NCBI GenBank assembly: GCA_029564175.1
Contig: JAKQQL010000269.1
Coordinates: forward strand, 1 to 64,000
Direction: 5' to 3'
DNA from: Candidatus Cloacimonadota bacterium
GTDB taxonomy: Bacteria; Cloacimonadota; Cloacimonadia; Cloacimonadales; WRIO01
Length of the DNA stretch: 64,000 nucleotides
The translations under genes were made by a program, and so were the position numbers. Numbering within the stretch: the stretch's first letter is position 1; each line of letters begins with the position of its first letter. Below are positions 16,965 through 27,995 of this stretch, piece by piece. Below the pieces are notes generated by a model, which had not been told where the DNA came from, did no database searches, and saw only the letters and a program-made list of their open reading frames with translations.

Positions 16965-17050
16965 TGGCGGAGGAAGAGGGACTCGAACCCCCAAGGGCAT
17001 AACCCGGCGGTTTTCAAGACCGCTGCCTTACCAATTAGGGCTATTCCTCC
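16965..17050 (-). tRNA. tRNA-Ser(TGA)
   Basis: Long variable arm, anticodon TGA, CCA. Confidence 0.95.
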
Positions 17051-17203
17051 GTACCAAAAATTCACACATCTATTCATTTGTTGATTTCAAATTATACAAC
17101 CTACTGATTCTTGTCAATAGTTTTTTTTAAACTGAATCATTTTGATACTTCCAATAGTTTAAAAAAATACTGTTTTATAATAAGTTATATCTAAGAATTT
17201 ATT

Positions 17204-17845
17204 TCAAAAATCGTGTTTTTTAGACTGTTTTTTTCTTACAATTATCCATAAAAAAGTCTCATTTGCTATTTCCACATGTTTAAACATACAAATATCAAAG
17301 CCTGTTTTTAATAAGATTTTCCTAATTTTTTTACAAGAAAAATGACTGTAAAACAAACTCTCTCCCATAAAATCCTTGTAACCTGAAAACTCATCATAGC
17401 CCGTGTATTCTTTACATGCATAGGTAAACAAGCACAATCCTCCAGGTTTTAACCATTTATGCATTTGTTGAAATAAATATTCGTTTTTCTCTTTTTCTAC
17501 ATGAATAAGTGAATAAATGGCTGTTATCAAATCAAAACAATCTGACTCAAATGAGACTTCTGTCATATCTGATAAAATTGTATGCATTTCAGGCAAAAAT
17601 TTGTTGGCAAGACTGATCATCTTTTCAGAAAAATCTACTCCGGTAACCGCCCATCCTTTGCTGACAAACAAAGCAGGTACTGGTTCCCCTGCCCCGCATC
17701 CTAAATCAAGCAAATGTCCTGATTCAACATTCACCAAATTTAGTAACTGATTGAGAATAATGTCAATATTAAAAACAGACCTGTTTGCTTCATATTTTTC
17801 AGCAAACCGATCATATATTATGCTAAGATTCGAATCTATATTCAT
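17204..17845 (-). CDS. Class I SAM-dependent methyltransferase
   Basis: LLDLGCGAG, GVDFSEKMI, LKPGG. Confidence 0.9.
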   Translation of the reverse strand: MNIDSNLSIIYDRFAEKYEANRSVFNIDIILNQLLNLVNVESGHLLDLGCGAGEPVPALFVSKGWAVTGVDFSEKMISLANKFLPEMHTILSDMTEVSFESDCFDLITAIYSLIHVEKEKNEYLFQQMHKWLKPGGLCLFTYACKEYTGYDEFSGYKDFMGESLFYSHFSCKKIRKILLKTGFDICMFKHVEIANETFLWIIVRKKQSKKHDF

Positions 17846-19701
17846 CAGGAGATTTTTACATTAAATTGTTTTAACCAGCGTCCAAAACAAATAAACCGAA
17901 ATAAAGAATAATCAAAAGGAACAAAACCATCAATCATCTGATCAAAAAAGTCTTTTGTACTTTCATTTATAAAAGATTCAGACATACCCAGACTATCTTT
18001 GATCTCATTTCTAAAAAAGGCTGGATTTTCTTTCACCCATTGTTCTTCAGCAGTTACAAATGCCATCTTATCATGTCGGTTAATAATCTGACCTGGCAAA
18101 ATATCTTTCATGGCATTTCTTAATATATATTTTGTCCTACCCTGGTTAATTTTATAATTCTCTGGCAAAGATAAAGCAAATTCTACTAATCTGTAATCCA
18201 AAAAGGGCACTCTGGATTCAATAGAATGTGCCATAGAATTTCTGTCTTCATTGTGCAAAAGAACAGGTAATTTAGAATAAAGAAGTTGCTCTCTCGATTC
18301 AGCACTCAGACTTAAGTTTGCTTTCTTCCAGTATGGAAATGGAATCAACCCTTCTGTATTTTTTGCCCAGCGAGCGCCTAATTTCCCACTCATTGAAACA
18401 GAGTAATGATAAAACATTCCACTGGATGTAGCTGAGACGATAAAACGAAGAATCTGTTTAAAATTAAAACCATGTAGCGCACAGGCTGATTTTACTTCTT
18501 TTATCAAATCAGACATGTTCATTGAACTTAGCAAACTTAAAAACAGATTTCCAAAAAACTGCATATATCCAGCAAGAATCTCATCAGATCCCTGACCATC
18601 CAGCATTACAGTGACTCCATTTTCTCTGGCAGTTTGAAACACTTTCCATTGGGCAAAAATACTACTGGAACCAAATGGTTCATCCTGATGCCAGATAATA
18701 CTGTCAAAATCAGAAACAAAGTCATCAAACTCTGTATAGACAAAATGACTTTTACAGTTCGCTGATTCAACAACAGATCTGATATAATCACTTTCATCAT
18801 AAGTCTTATTTCGAGATACGGCTGAAACAGTTTCCTGTAATTCGGCATTGCCCTGAGATCTAAGAATCGAATTGACCAGCATCACAATACTGGTGCTATC
18901 CATACCGCCTGATAAACAAGATCCGACTTTTACATCTGCCATCAAACGATATTCAACTGAACTTTTTAAAAGCTCAAAGAATTGCTTTGTCTGATCTTCT
19001 ATGCTGTCATAATCACTGGATTTAACTGAGATTTTGTACCATTTTGTGATTTGATACTGATGGCTTTGCAAATCATACTTTAAACAGGAACCTGCCGGCA
19101 GCTGAGATACATTTTGAAAAAAAGTGTCTGAAGAAGTATCCGAAAAACTCCATGATAAGAAATCAAAAGCAGCTTGCTTATTTAAAACCGACTGCCATTC
19201 AGGCAATACAGTAAACTGTTTTATTTCAGATCCAAAAGCGAACAAATGAGCAGTGGATATATAATAAAAAGGTTTTATACCATATCGGTCTCTGGCACAA
19301 AAAAGTTGATTTTCCCGTTGGTCATAAATAGCAAAAGACCACATACCATTAAAATGATTTAAACAATCTTCCTTCCAAAAATCCCATGCAGCCATCACTA
19401 CTTCTGTATCAGTATGAGATTTGAAATGATATCCTTCATTCTCAAGTATTGTTTTTAATTCTTTAAAATTATATATTTCTCCATTAAACACAATATGATA
19501 ACGTTCAAGATAATGCATTGGCTGATTTCCAGCATGACTCAAATCGATAATAGAAAGCCTTCTGTGTCCTAAACCAATATTTTGATGAATATAAAAATCC
19601 TGATAATCAGGTCCTCTGTGAGCAATGATGTCAGTCATTCTGTGAAGTGTATTGCGTATATCTGAATTAGACTTGGAAATCAAACCTGAAATACCACACA
19701 T
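17845..19701 (-). CDS. asnB: Asparagine synthase (glutamine-hydrolysing) family amidotransferase
   Basis: MCGISG, HRGPD, LSGGMDS, DGQGSDE, ESRVPFLD. Confidence 0.9.
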   Translation of the reverse strand: MCGISGLISKSNSDIRNTLHRMTDIIAHRGPDYQDFYIHQNIGLGHRRLSIIDLSHAGNQPMHYLERYHIVFNGEIYNFKELKTILENEGYHFKSHTDTEVVMAAWDFWKEDCLNHFNGMWSFAIYDQRENQLFCARDRYGIKPFYYISTAHLFAFGSEIKQFTVLPEWQSVLNKQAAFDFLSWSFSDTSSDTFFQNVSQLPAGSCLKYDLQSHQYQITKWYKISVKSSDYDSIEDQTKQFFELLKSSVEYRLMADVKVGSCLSGGMDSTSIVMLVNSILRSQGNAELQETVSAVSRNKTYDESDYIRSVVESANCKSHFVYTEFDDFVSDFDSIIWHQDEPFGSSSIFAQWKVFQTARENGVTVMLDGQGSDEILAGYMQFFGNLFLSLLSSMNMSDLIKEVKSACALHGFNFKQILRFIVSATSSGMFYHYSVSMSGKLGARWAKNTEGLIPFPYWKKANLSLSAESREQLLYSKLPVLLHNEDRNSMAHSIESRVPFLDYRLVEFALSLPENYKINQGRTKYILRNAMKDILPGQIINRHDKMAFVTAEEQWVKENPAFFRNEIKDSLGMSESFINESTKDFFDQMIDGFVPFDYSLFRFICFGRWLKQFNVKIS

Positions 19702-19710
19702 ATCTACCTC

Positions 19711-21600
19711 TTAATCGTGTTTAAACTGAAGATTATAAAAATGACGATATTGAGGGCAATTAGACAGTAGTTCATCATGATTGCCACTTCCAACAAGCTG
19801 ACCCTGTTCCAAAACAAATATCTTGTCAGCACTTAATATAGTTGATAATCTATGTGCAATCAGGACAACAGTTCTGTTTCCGGCTGCCTGATCAATCGCA
19901 TTTTGAACCTTTTTTTCTGAATCAGTATCCAAAGCACTGGTTGCTTCATCAAATATTAATATATCAGGGTCATCCACAATTGCACGAGCAATGCAAATTC
20001 TCTGTCTTTGGCCTCCGGAAAAATTGTAGCCATGTGGTAAAATCATTGAGTTATATTTATCCGGCAATGTTTCTATAAATTCATCTGCATAAGCAAATTG
20101 GCAGGCTTCTAAGACCTTTTCATGACCTACATCCTCAAAAGCCCCGTATTTCACATTATTCTCTACTGAATCACTAAACAATATAGATTCCTGAGTAACA
20201 ATACCGAACATCTTCCTTAAATGTCTGATACTCAGTTTTTTAAGATTGATCCCATCCATGAGTATTTCACCATTTGTAGGGTCATACATACGGTTAATCA
20301 GATTAGCAATTGTTGTTTTTCCACTGCCACTGGCACCAACAAAAGCGACTTTCTCACCCTTTTTAATCTCAAAGTTTACATTTTTTAAGATCTGCTGATT
20401 CTCATTATAGGAAAATGAAACATTTTTAAATACTATTTTTTCATTGAAAGTGGTCTTTTCAATTGGACTATCTGCTTCAATTATTTCTGATGATAAATCC
20501 AATATTTCAGCCACTCTGTCAACAGATACCATCGCTTTTTTAATATCAGTAATAGAATTTGTAACAGCCTTTAAAGGATGAAGCATTGAAAACACAGCAA
20601 ACAGAAAAGCCGTAAAATCACCAAATGAAAAATCACTTTGACGATTTAATATGCTCTGAGCTCCAACTATCAAAATTGCAATACCAGTGATTACTGTGCT
20701 GATTTCACCTAATGGAACGCCAAATGACCAGTAAACCTGTGATTTTCTCCAGAATTTAAAGAATTTCCGGTTGATTACAACTAATTTATGATATTCATAA
20801 TCTTCTCGACAAAAAGCCTTTACGATTCTCATGCTGTTAAGCACTTCTTCTATATTGGAAAACATATTGGAAAGTTCATTCTGAATTTTCTTTGCATATT
20901 TTTTAATTTTTCTGGAGATAAAGTTCACACCAAAAGTAAAACCAGGTAAAAATAAAATACTAAACAAAAAAAGTTTAGGATTTAAACGAATAGCAATAAA
21001 AGCAAAGATAAAAATTGAAAACAGCTCGCGTACGATTTTCAAAGCATTATCAATAAAATAGTTATTAACAATATCAATATCATTTACCATTCTAACGATG
21101 GAATCACCCACTCTGTTTTGATTGAAAAAGGAGTATGATTGACTCAGGTATTTCTTATAGCAATAATTACGAATCGCATTGATTGATTTTCCTCTGAGAT
21201 TAACAAAGAATATCCTGTTTAAAATATAAAAGATGTTTTTCAGTAGAAAGAGTCCAACCAACAAAACACAGATAACCCATAATAACATATACGGATCAGC
21301 TTGCCCCATCAATAAGCGTAATTCTTTCCAGTAAGGATCAAAATAACTCACTGAAAATGTAAATGATGAATTCTGCCAGATTGAATAGAAGTGCGATTTT
21401 ACGGCTTCATAAAATTCATTAAAAACCTTATATTTAACATAACCTGCATCTCTAACTGTAAAAATCTGATCAAAAACGGGAATCACCAGCGTTATACTGA
21501 TTCCACTGAATGCTGAAAACAATATCAGGGAGATTAAACCCATAGTAATATCATAAGGATATTGTAAAACAAACTTGTATATTTTTAAAACATTTTTCAT
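19711..21600 (-). CDS. MsbA-like ABC transporter permease/ATPase
   Basis: N-terminal TM domain; GASGSGKT, FSGGQRQR, FDEATSALD. Confidence 0.88.
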   Translation of the reverse strand: MKNVLKIYKFVLQYPYDITMGLISLILFSAFSGISITLVIPVFDQIFTVRDAGYVKYKVFNEFYEAVKSHFYSIWQNSSFTFSVSYFDPYWKELRLLMGQADPYMLLWVICVLLVGLFLLKNIFYILNRIFFVNLRGKSINAIRNYCYKKYLSQSYSFFNQNRVGDSIVRMVNDIDIVNNYFIDNALKIVRELFSIFIFAFIAIRLNPKLFLFSILFLPGFTFGVNFISRKIKKYAKKIQNELSNMFSNIEEVLNSMRIVKAFCREDYEYHKLVVINRKFFKFWRKSQVYWSFGVPLGEISTVITGIAILIVGAQSILNRQSDFSFGDFTAFLFAVFSMLHPLKAVTNSITDIKKAMVSVDRVAEILDLSSEIIEADSPIEKTTFNEKIVFKNVSFSYNENQQILKNVNFEIKKGEKVAFVGASGSGKTTIANLINRMYDPTNGEILMDGINLKKLSIRHLRKMFGIVTQESILFSDSVENNVKYGAFEDVGHEKVLEACQFAYADEFIETLPDKYNSMILPHGYNFSGGQRQRICIARAIVDDPDILIFDEATSALDTDSEKKVQNAIDQAAGNRTVVLIAHRLSTILSADKIFVLEQGQLVGSGNHDELLSNCPQYRHFYNLQFKHD

Positions 21601-21693
21601 AAGACATCCATCTTTTTAATTTTCACACTTTGAATCATAATTATCATTCTGTAAAATATGTCAATTAAAATTCACTTATCTTTTTCCTGATAA

Positions 21694-21716
21694 AAAAAGC
21701 AGACATGTTGTCTGCT
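21694..21716 (-). terminator. Intrinsic terminator
   Basis: AGCAGACA/TGTCTGCT stem plus U-tract. Confidence 0.65.
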
Positions 21717-21737
21717 AAAAAACATAGTTTAGGTCTG

Positions 21738-22826
21738 TTAGAAAAGTGGTAAGTTTATGCCGGCAGAAATATCCCATTTCATTTGAGTATTTTGAATTTC
21801 TCCTCCAGGGTATTTCGCATAATTATACTCAATAAAACCATAATCCAAAGCATTAAGTTTAAGACCATATCCATAAGTCAAACCGCTGATTTGCCCCTTG
21901 GCATCATGATAGTTGCCAAAACGCAAAAAGACTGTATCAAAAAAACCAACTTCCGTGCCAAATGAAACCGCATGATAGTCTTCTAAAGTTGAAATACCAG
22001 AAGTTAACTGACCAGACCATGTATTTTTTATAATCTTTATAAGATGCTCATTCGTAACAAAATGATCTAATGTTTGATGATATCTGATTCCGATGGCAAA
22101 ATTATCTGAATCCATAATATACGATTCTCCGTAATTTTCATCCAATCGTTCATAGGTATTATGATTGATATTGTTCTTACAATAGCCTAATGAAGCTTCC
22201 ATTCTGACATTTTGACTTTCTATAAAAGAGCTTAAGTCAATTTTTGCTGCCAATCCAAAATTGATACAATCAGTCTCCACTTTGGATGAATCATCAATCC
22301 CTAGTTTTGAAGTAATGTCTGAATAAGTTAAGCCGATTCCAAGTTTTAAATAATCAGGAGCAATAGATTTAACCAGATCTGTATTGAGTGCAAAACTATA
22401 GTTTTTTGCAAATTCATAATTATCTGCAATAGCAACAATCTGATAGTTTTCATTATATACTTCACTTTTGCCGTATTCCAGAGAAGTACCGTAATAGTTT
22501 TCTGAATTTGGTAAAGGAAAATTAATACCAATACCCTTCAAAGCTATATTCATATAAGCTGCTGAAAACTTCATAACCGGTTTTATCTTCTCATAATGTT
22601 TATCATCCAAATAACTGAATGAAACTCCTTCATGAAAAGAAGTTAATGCCGGATTGGACCAAGCAGAAAAAGCATTCTGATGCCAAACATCAGCTACCCC
22701 ATTATCCCCCATTCCTGCATTGACTGCTGAAGGACTAATAGATAAGAAAATGCATTCTCTTCCCTTTCCAAACAACATACCAATAATTAAAATCATTAAA
22801 ACTAATATAAAATGATTTTTTCTCAT
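21738..22826 (-). CDS. PorV/PorQ-like outer-membrane beta-barrel
   Basis: FLSISPSA..AGMG..GVA and NPA N-terminal motif; LRFG..GLTYGYG; aromatic C-terminus. Confidence 0.65.
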   Translation of the reverse strand: MRKNHFILVLMILIIGMLFGKGRECIFLSISPSAVNAGMGDNGVADVWHQNAFSAWSNPALTSFHEGVSFSYLDDKHYEKIKPVMKFSAAYMNIALKGIGINFPLPNSENYYGTSLEYGKSEVYNENYQIVAIADNYEFAKNYSFALNTDLVKSIAPDYLKLGIGLTYSDITSKLGIDDSSKVETDCINFGLAAKIDLSSFIESQNVRMEASLGYCKNNINHNTYERLDENYGESYIMDSDNFAIGIRYHQTLDHFVTNEHLIKIIKNTWSGQLTSGISTLEDYHAVSFGTEVGFFDTVFLRFGNYHDAKGQISGLTYGYGLKLNALDYGFIEYNYAKYPGGEIQNTQMKWDISAGINLPLF

Positions 22827-22873
22827 AATTTCTCCAATCCTTCTTCATATTTCGGGTTAAATCAATAATTGAT

Positions 22874-23122
22874 CTATTTTTTGTTATTTATAAAATCATG
22901 TTTAACAATACAATCTAATAATCGTTCAAAATCACTCTTGTAATCTTTGATGACTTCAATTAAAAGGATAGATTTCTTTTTATCAAGAGTTGTATAACTA
23001 CACCAGCCCTCAAGAGATTCAAGAATCAACCCCATGAAGATCACTTCTTCACGGGGTATTTGGATATAATAACTATTCGACTGATCCGGATTTTCTTTTT
23101 TTTCGAGCAGGTTTAGTTTCAT
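22874..23122 (-). CDS. DUF4911-like small protein
   Basis: ILESLEGWCSYTTLD motif. Confidence 0.6.
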   Translation of the reverse strand: MKLNLLEKKENPDQSNSYYIQIPREEVIFMGLILESLEGWCSYTTLDKKKSILLIEVIKDYKSDFERLLDCIVKHDFINNKK

Positions 23123-25511
23123 CAGTACTTACTTTCTGGATTGGATGGAGGCTATGTGAAAGCACTTCGTCAATTGTTTCTACAAAGACAAATTCCATCC
23201 CTTCTTTAATTTCTGGTTTTACTTCCTCAAAATCAGGAATATTCGCTTTTGGAATAATAACTTTCTTGATACCGGTCCGTTTTGCAGCCATCAATTTTTG
23301 AGCAAGGCCACCAATTGCCAGCACTCTTCCTGTCAAAGTCACTTCTCCAGTCATTGCAACGTGATGACAGACTGGTCTGTCAGCAAAAATTGAAACGATA
23401 ATCGTTGCAAGTCCTACTCCTGCAGAAGGTCCATCTTTTGGTACAGCCCCTTCCGGTACATGAATATGTAAATCATAGCTTTTATAAAAATCTTCAGGAA
23501 TACCCAATTCCTGGCAATGACTTCTCGCATAACTATATGCAGCTTTGGCTGATTCCTGCATAACCTGACCAATCTTTCCCGTAATTGAAATCTTCCCATT
23601 ACCTTTATGTTTTAAAGCTTCCAGCAACAGAATATCTCCGCCAACAGGTGTCCATGCCAGACCAACAACCACTCCTAATGTATCTTTTTCAGGTACTTCT
23701 GATAACAAATAGGGTTCTGCCCCTAAGAATTCTCTTAAATCCTTGTCTGTAACAACAAATTGCTCCTTAACTTCGTTAGCCACATATTTTTTAACTATTT
23801 TTCTTAAAATAGTACCCAGTTTTCTTTCCAGTTCTCGCACACCAGCTTCTCTGGTATATTTTTGAATTACCTGTAATACGATATTTTCATTTATTGTTAT
23901 CTCAAGTTTTTCTCTAATATTTAACTCATCAATCTTTTTACGAAGCAAATGTCGAAGAGCAATTTCTTTTTTTTCAATTTCTGTATAGCCAGGCATTGCA
24001 ATCACTTCCATACGATCATACAATGGTCTGGGGATATTTGACACAGAATTGGCAGTTGTAATAAATAAAACCTGAGATAAATCATAACCAAAATCCAGAT
24101 AATGATCTCTAAAGTTTTTATTTTGTTCTGGATCAAGTACTTCCAACAATGCAGATGCAGGATCACCTTTAAAGTCCATACTCATTTTATCAATTTCATC
24201 AAGCATGATCAATGGATTGAGTGAGCCAGCTTTTTTCATACTCTGAATGATCACACCTGGAATCGCACCTACATAGGTTCTCCTGTGACCTCTGATTTCC
24301 GCTTCATCACGGACACCACCAAGAGAAATTCGAATAAATTCTCTACCAAGAGATTCAGCAATTGATTTTCCCAAAGAAGTCTTTCCAACTCCTGGAGGTC
24401 CAACAAAACATATTATCTGACCTTTTACTTTATCACTAATTTTTAATACGGCCAGGTATTCTAATATTCTGTCTTTCACTTTCTCAAGTCCATAATGATC
24501 TCGATCTAATATTGTCTGAGATTCTGCAATATCAATTTCTTTTGATTTTGATTGCTCCCAAGGTAAATCTAAAATCCAGCTGATGTAATTGTAAACGACA
24601 AAATATTCTGGCATATGTGGAGAAAGTCGTGTCAGCTTTTTATATTCTTCTTCTGCTTTTTTTCTCACTTCATCAGGTAATTTGAGTTCTGCAATACGCT
24701 TTTTTAAATTAACCAGGTTATCTGATTCATCTTCATCTATTCCTAATTCTTTATGAATGACTTTAAGTTGTTCATTTAAGAAATACTCTTTTTGAGATTT
24801 TGTTATTTGTTTTTTTACTTTACTTTCAAGGTCATTTTGAATCTTTAAAACTTCAATCTGCTCAAGAATATAAAGTACAAGCTCTTGTAATCCATCATTG
24901 ATTTCTTCTAAATCAAAGAAATACTGTTTCTTTTGTAATGGCATTTCCAGATTTGCTAAAGCAAAATAAAATATCTCATAAGGATTCTTTATCATACTAA
25001 TGTTTTTAAAAAGATCCCCTGGCAAGCCCTTATCCATTTTTAAATATCTTTCAATAGTTGTCAAAAATGTTTTAACATAGCCTTTCAATACTGTCGTTTC
25101 ATCAACTGGCTGAGTTGGAAAAGGCAATAATTCGGCATGAAAATGATCTTTTCTTTTAAAATATTTTACGACAGACGCTTTTCTTTCTCCCTGAAGAATG
25201 ACTCTAAGGGTTCCGTCTGGTAAACGAAACATTTGAGATATCGTACAAATAGTACCTGTTTTATACAAATCTCCAACGGTAGGATATTTCTCTTTATGTG
25301 CATTCTTCTTTTGAGTCACTACAAATATTTTATTATCATAAGAATTTAAAGCCAGTTGTACAGCATCTACAGAGCCTTTACGACCTGCAACGATAGGAAA
25401 AATGACAAAAGGAAAAACCATCTGCTCTCTTAGAGGTAATATTGGCAATTCGTATTTATACTCTGATTCACTTTTAATTTCAGTTCCTTTTACTCTAATC
25501 TTTGGGCTCAT
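23073..25511 (-). CDS. lon: ATP-dependent Lon protease
   Basis: LPILPLR, GPPGVGKTS, PKDGPSAG. Confidence 0.96.
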   Translation of the reverse strand: MSPKIRVKGTEIKSESEYKYELPILPLREQMVFPFVIFPIVAGRKGSVDAVQLALNSYDNKIFVVTQKKNAHKEKYPTVGDLYKTGTICTISQMFRLPDGTLRVILQGERKASVVKYFKRKDHFHAELLPFPTQPVDETTVLKGYVKTFLTTIERYLKMDKGLPGDLFKNISMIKNPYEIFYFALANLEMPLQKKQYFFDLEEINDGLQELVLYILEQIEVLKIQNDLESKVKKQITKSQKEYFLNEQLKVIHKELGIDEDESDNLVNLKKRIAELKLPDEVRKKAEEEYKKLTRLSPHMPEYFVVYNYISWILDLPWEQSKSKEIDIAESQTILDRDHYGLEKVKDRILEYLAVLKISDKVKGQIICFVGPPGVGKTSLGKSIAESLGREFIRISLGGVRDEAEIRGHRRTYVGAIPGVIIQSMKKAGSLNPLIMLDEIDKMSMDFKGDPASALLEVLDPEQNKNFRDHYLDFGYDLSQVLFITTANSVSNIPRPLYDRMEVIAMPGYTEIEKKEIALRHLLRKKIDELNIREKLEITINENIVLQVIQKYTREAGVRELERKLGTILRKIVKKYVANEVKEQFVVTDKDLREFLGAEPYLLSEVPEKDTLGVVVGLAWTPVGGDILLLEALKHKGNGKISITGKIGQVMQESAKAAYSYARSHCQELGIPEDFYKSYDLHIHVPEGAVPKDGPSAGVGLATIIVSIFADRPVCHHVAMTGEVTLTGRVLAIGGLAQKLMAAKRTGIKKVIIPKANIPDFEEVKPEIKEGMEFVFVETIDEVLSHSLHPIQKVSTDETKPARKKRKSGSVE

Positions 25512-25527
25512 TTATCCTCACTTTATC

Positions 25528-26544
25528 TTAATCTTTATTTTTTATCTTTAGAGAAACACCTTCTCCACAATTACGACACATCTCAATCTGCTTTCGATCA
25601 GTTAAAATCCTTTTTCTCATAGCGTTAAAAGGTTTGCTTTTCCACAAGTGTTTAAAGGAATGATTCTGTATATTGCCTATCTTAAAATCATTATCTTTAT
25701 CAAAACAACAAACTGCCATTTCCCCATCCCAATTCACTACAGGTTGAGTCCAGATTCTACGACAACGATTTTTTATACCATATTTTAGTTCAAAATTATC
25801 CCCTTTAATCTTATAACGTCTATATTTTGGATTATCAGGCAAAAAATTATAAATATCTTCTTTAGCATAGATTTGAACTGTTTTCAATTGGAGCTGATCA
25901 ACTTCTAAATCCAGAGCCAACTCTTTAATCTTTTTTTCTTCGTGTTCATTATGTTTCATCACAATAAACTGCCAGATAATTCTTGGTAAACGACTACCTC
26001 TCACTTTTTTCTCAGCAACAATGGCTTTAACATTCTCAATCACTTTAGATAAATCGCCATTTTTTCTGTAAAGATTGTAGGTTTCCTGACTTGCTCCATC
26101 AGCTGATATAATTAAACGGTCTATGCCTGCTTTCAAAATTTCTTTTGCATCCGGCATTCTGTTTGCATTTGTAGAAACCAACAACAACATATTATGCGCT
26201 TTAGCAATCTGACACATTTCTATAAAATCCGGATTTAGAAAGGGTTCACCCTGATTCCACATAATCAGCATAAAGGAATAAGGAGATACTTCTTTGATAA
26301 TTGTTTTAAATGTATCCAAATTCATATATCCCTTTGGTCTCTTTAACTGATCAGTACCAGATGGACAAAGCGGACATTTCAAATTACAGATATTAGTCGG
26401 TTCAATCATCAATATTGGAGGATATCCCCATACAAAAACTTTTCTAAAAATGATAGACATATAATAAGATAAATAAATGAGGACTATGTTTATTAAACGT
26501 TTGAAGCTAATGTATTTAATTATCATTCTAAAGTATTCCAGCAT
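25528..26544 (-). CDS. Radical SAM/SPASM domain protein
   Basis: CNLKCPLC; C-terminal CC and CRNC. Confidence 0.9.
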   Translation of the reverse strand: MLEYFRMIIKYISFKRLINIVLIYLSYYMSIIFRKVFVWGYPPILMIEPTNICNLKCPLCPSGTDQLKRPKGYMNLDTFKTIIKEVSPYSFMLIMWNQGEPFLNPDFIEMCQIAKAHNMLLLVSTNANRMPDAKEILKAGIDRLIISADGASQETYNLYRKNGDLSKVIENVKAIVAEKKVRGSRLPRIIWQFIVMKHNEHEEKKIKELALDLEVDQLQLKTVQIYAKEDIYNFLPDNPKYRRYKIKGDNFELKYGIKNRCRRIWTQPVVNWDGEMAVCCFDKDNDFKIGNIQNHSFKHLWKSKPFNAMRKRILTDRKQIEMCRNCGEGVSLKIKNKD

Positions 26545-26701
26545 ATTTTCTCCTGAAAGTCATTATTTATGAACAGATTATTCTGTCAAGATGAGAGCTT
26601 TAAATCACAATATAAAAGTTCTGTTTTCTCCAGGAAAGAAAAGAGAATGATATGAGAATCAATAAGAAATCCTTTGGAAAAATGAAAACTTAAAACTAAG
26701 A

Positions 26702-27952
26702 TTAAACCTTTAAAACGACTTTATCCTCTTTTACAAACTGCAATACGATAAGTCCTGTTATAAAAAATATAATGATGCTTAATATGGCCATTCTCTGGTC
26801 CCCAGTTCGATTAGCAATTTCACCGTATAAAAGAGGACCTATCACCGAAGCTAGGCGACCTGTAACACTATAAAAGCCAAAGAATTCTGTCATTTTATCT
26901 GGTGGTGTTAATCGTGAGAAGAATGCCCTACTGTTTGACTGACTCGATCCCATAGCAAATCCTGCAGCCAAGCCGATAAAGTAATATTCCGTTTTTGTCT
27001 GACAAAAATATACCCAAAGAACCGTAAAAATCCACATAACTAGCGTAATACTGATACTCTTTTTAGCACCTATTTTATCAAACAGATATCCAAATATCAA
27101 TGCACCGATAAAAGAAGCCGGCTGAGCAATAATAAAATAAACAATCATTTCAGAAGCATTCATATTAAAACGAAATGCTCCATAAATGGAAGCAAAACTT
27201 ATTACCACAGTGATTCCATCATTATACAACAAATAAGAAATCAGAAACTTAAGCAATTCTTTGTATTTTCTGATATTCAACACGGTATCCTTTAACCTTA
27301 AATAAGCAATTTTTAGATAGGAATGAGTTCTGTGAACATGCCCTGTTTTATCTTTAACCCACAGCATGGTCGGTAATGCAAAAACAGCATAGAAAACAGC
27401 TACAATTAAAAAAGAAATTCGCCAGTTCAGATAATGATTTAAAGACATTTTAACAACTGGCATTACCAGCAATAAAGAGACAAGACCGCCTAAATATCCA
27501 ATCCCCCATGCAATACCAGAAATCTTTCCAAGGTTGTCAGGTTCTGATACCATCGGTAAAAAAGCGTTATAAAAAACATTCGCACTGTTAAATGCAAAAT
27601 TAGCAAAGATAAATATAATCATTGAGAAAAAAATCATACCTGGTTTTGAAAAGAATAAAACACTTGTAAAAGCAACACAAGCATAGGTAAAAATACTCAA
27701 TAACAACTTTTTAGAATGTGAATAATCTGCAATTGCACCTAAAACAGGTGCCAGAACTGCTACCATCAACATCGATACGCTGACAGCTCTCCCCCACAAT
27801 GCGGTACCCAGTTCACCTTGATTAACAATATGGTTTTTAAAATACATACTGAATAAAACGGTAACCATTACCGTTACAAACGAAGAATCAGCAAAATCAT
27901 ATAAAATCCAGCCAATTGTATTCTTTTTTAATTCTTTAAGCTTCATATCCAA
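26702..27952 (-). CDS. MFS transporter (UMF1/Atg22-like)
   Basis: WILYDFADS, FYNAFLP, EFFGFY; about 12 TM. Confidence 0.85.
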   Translation of the reverse strand: MDMKLKELKKNTIGWILYDFADSSFVTVMVTVLFSMYFKNHIVNQGELGTALWGRAVSVSMLMVAVLAPVLGAIADYSHSKKLLLSIFTYACVAFTSVLFFSKPGMIFFSMIIFIFANFAFNSANVFYNAFLPMVSEPDNLGKISGIAWGIGYLGGLVSLLLVMPVVKMSLNHYLNWRISFLIVAVFYAVFALPTMLWVKDKTGHVHRTHSYLKIAYLRLKDTVLNIRKYKELLKFLISYLLYNDGITVVISFASIYGAFRFNMNASEMIVYFIIAQPASFIGALIFGYLFDKIGAKKSISITLVMWIFTVLWVYFCQTKTEYYFIGLAAGFAMGSSQSNSRAFFSRLTPPDKMTEFFGFYSVTGRLASVIGPLLYGEIANRTGDQRMAILSIIIFFITGLIVLQFVKEDKVVLKV

Positions 27953-27995
27953 CTTTTTACTTATTTAAAATGAACATTATCTAAATTTGTTTAAC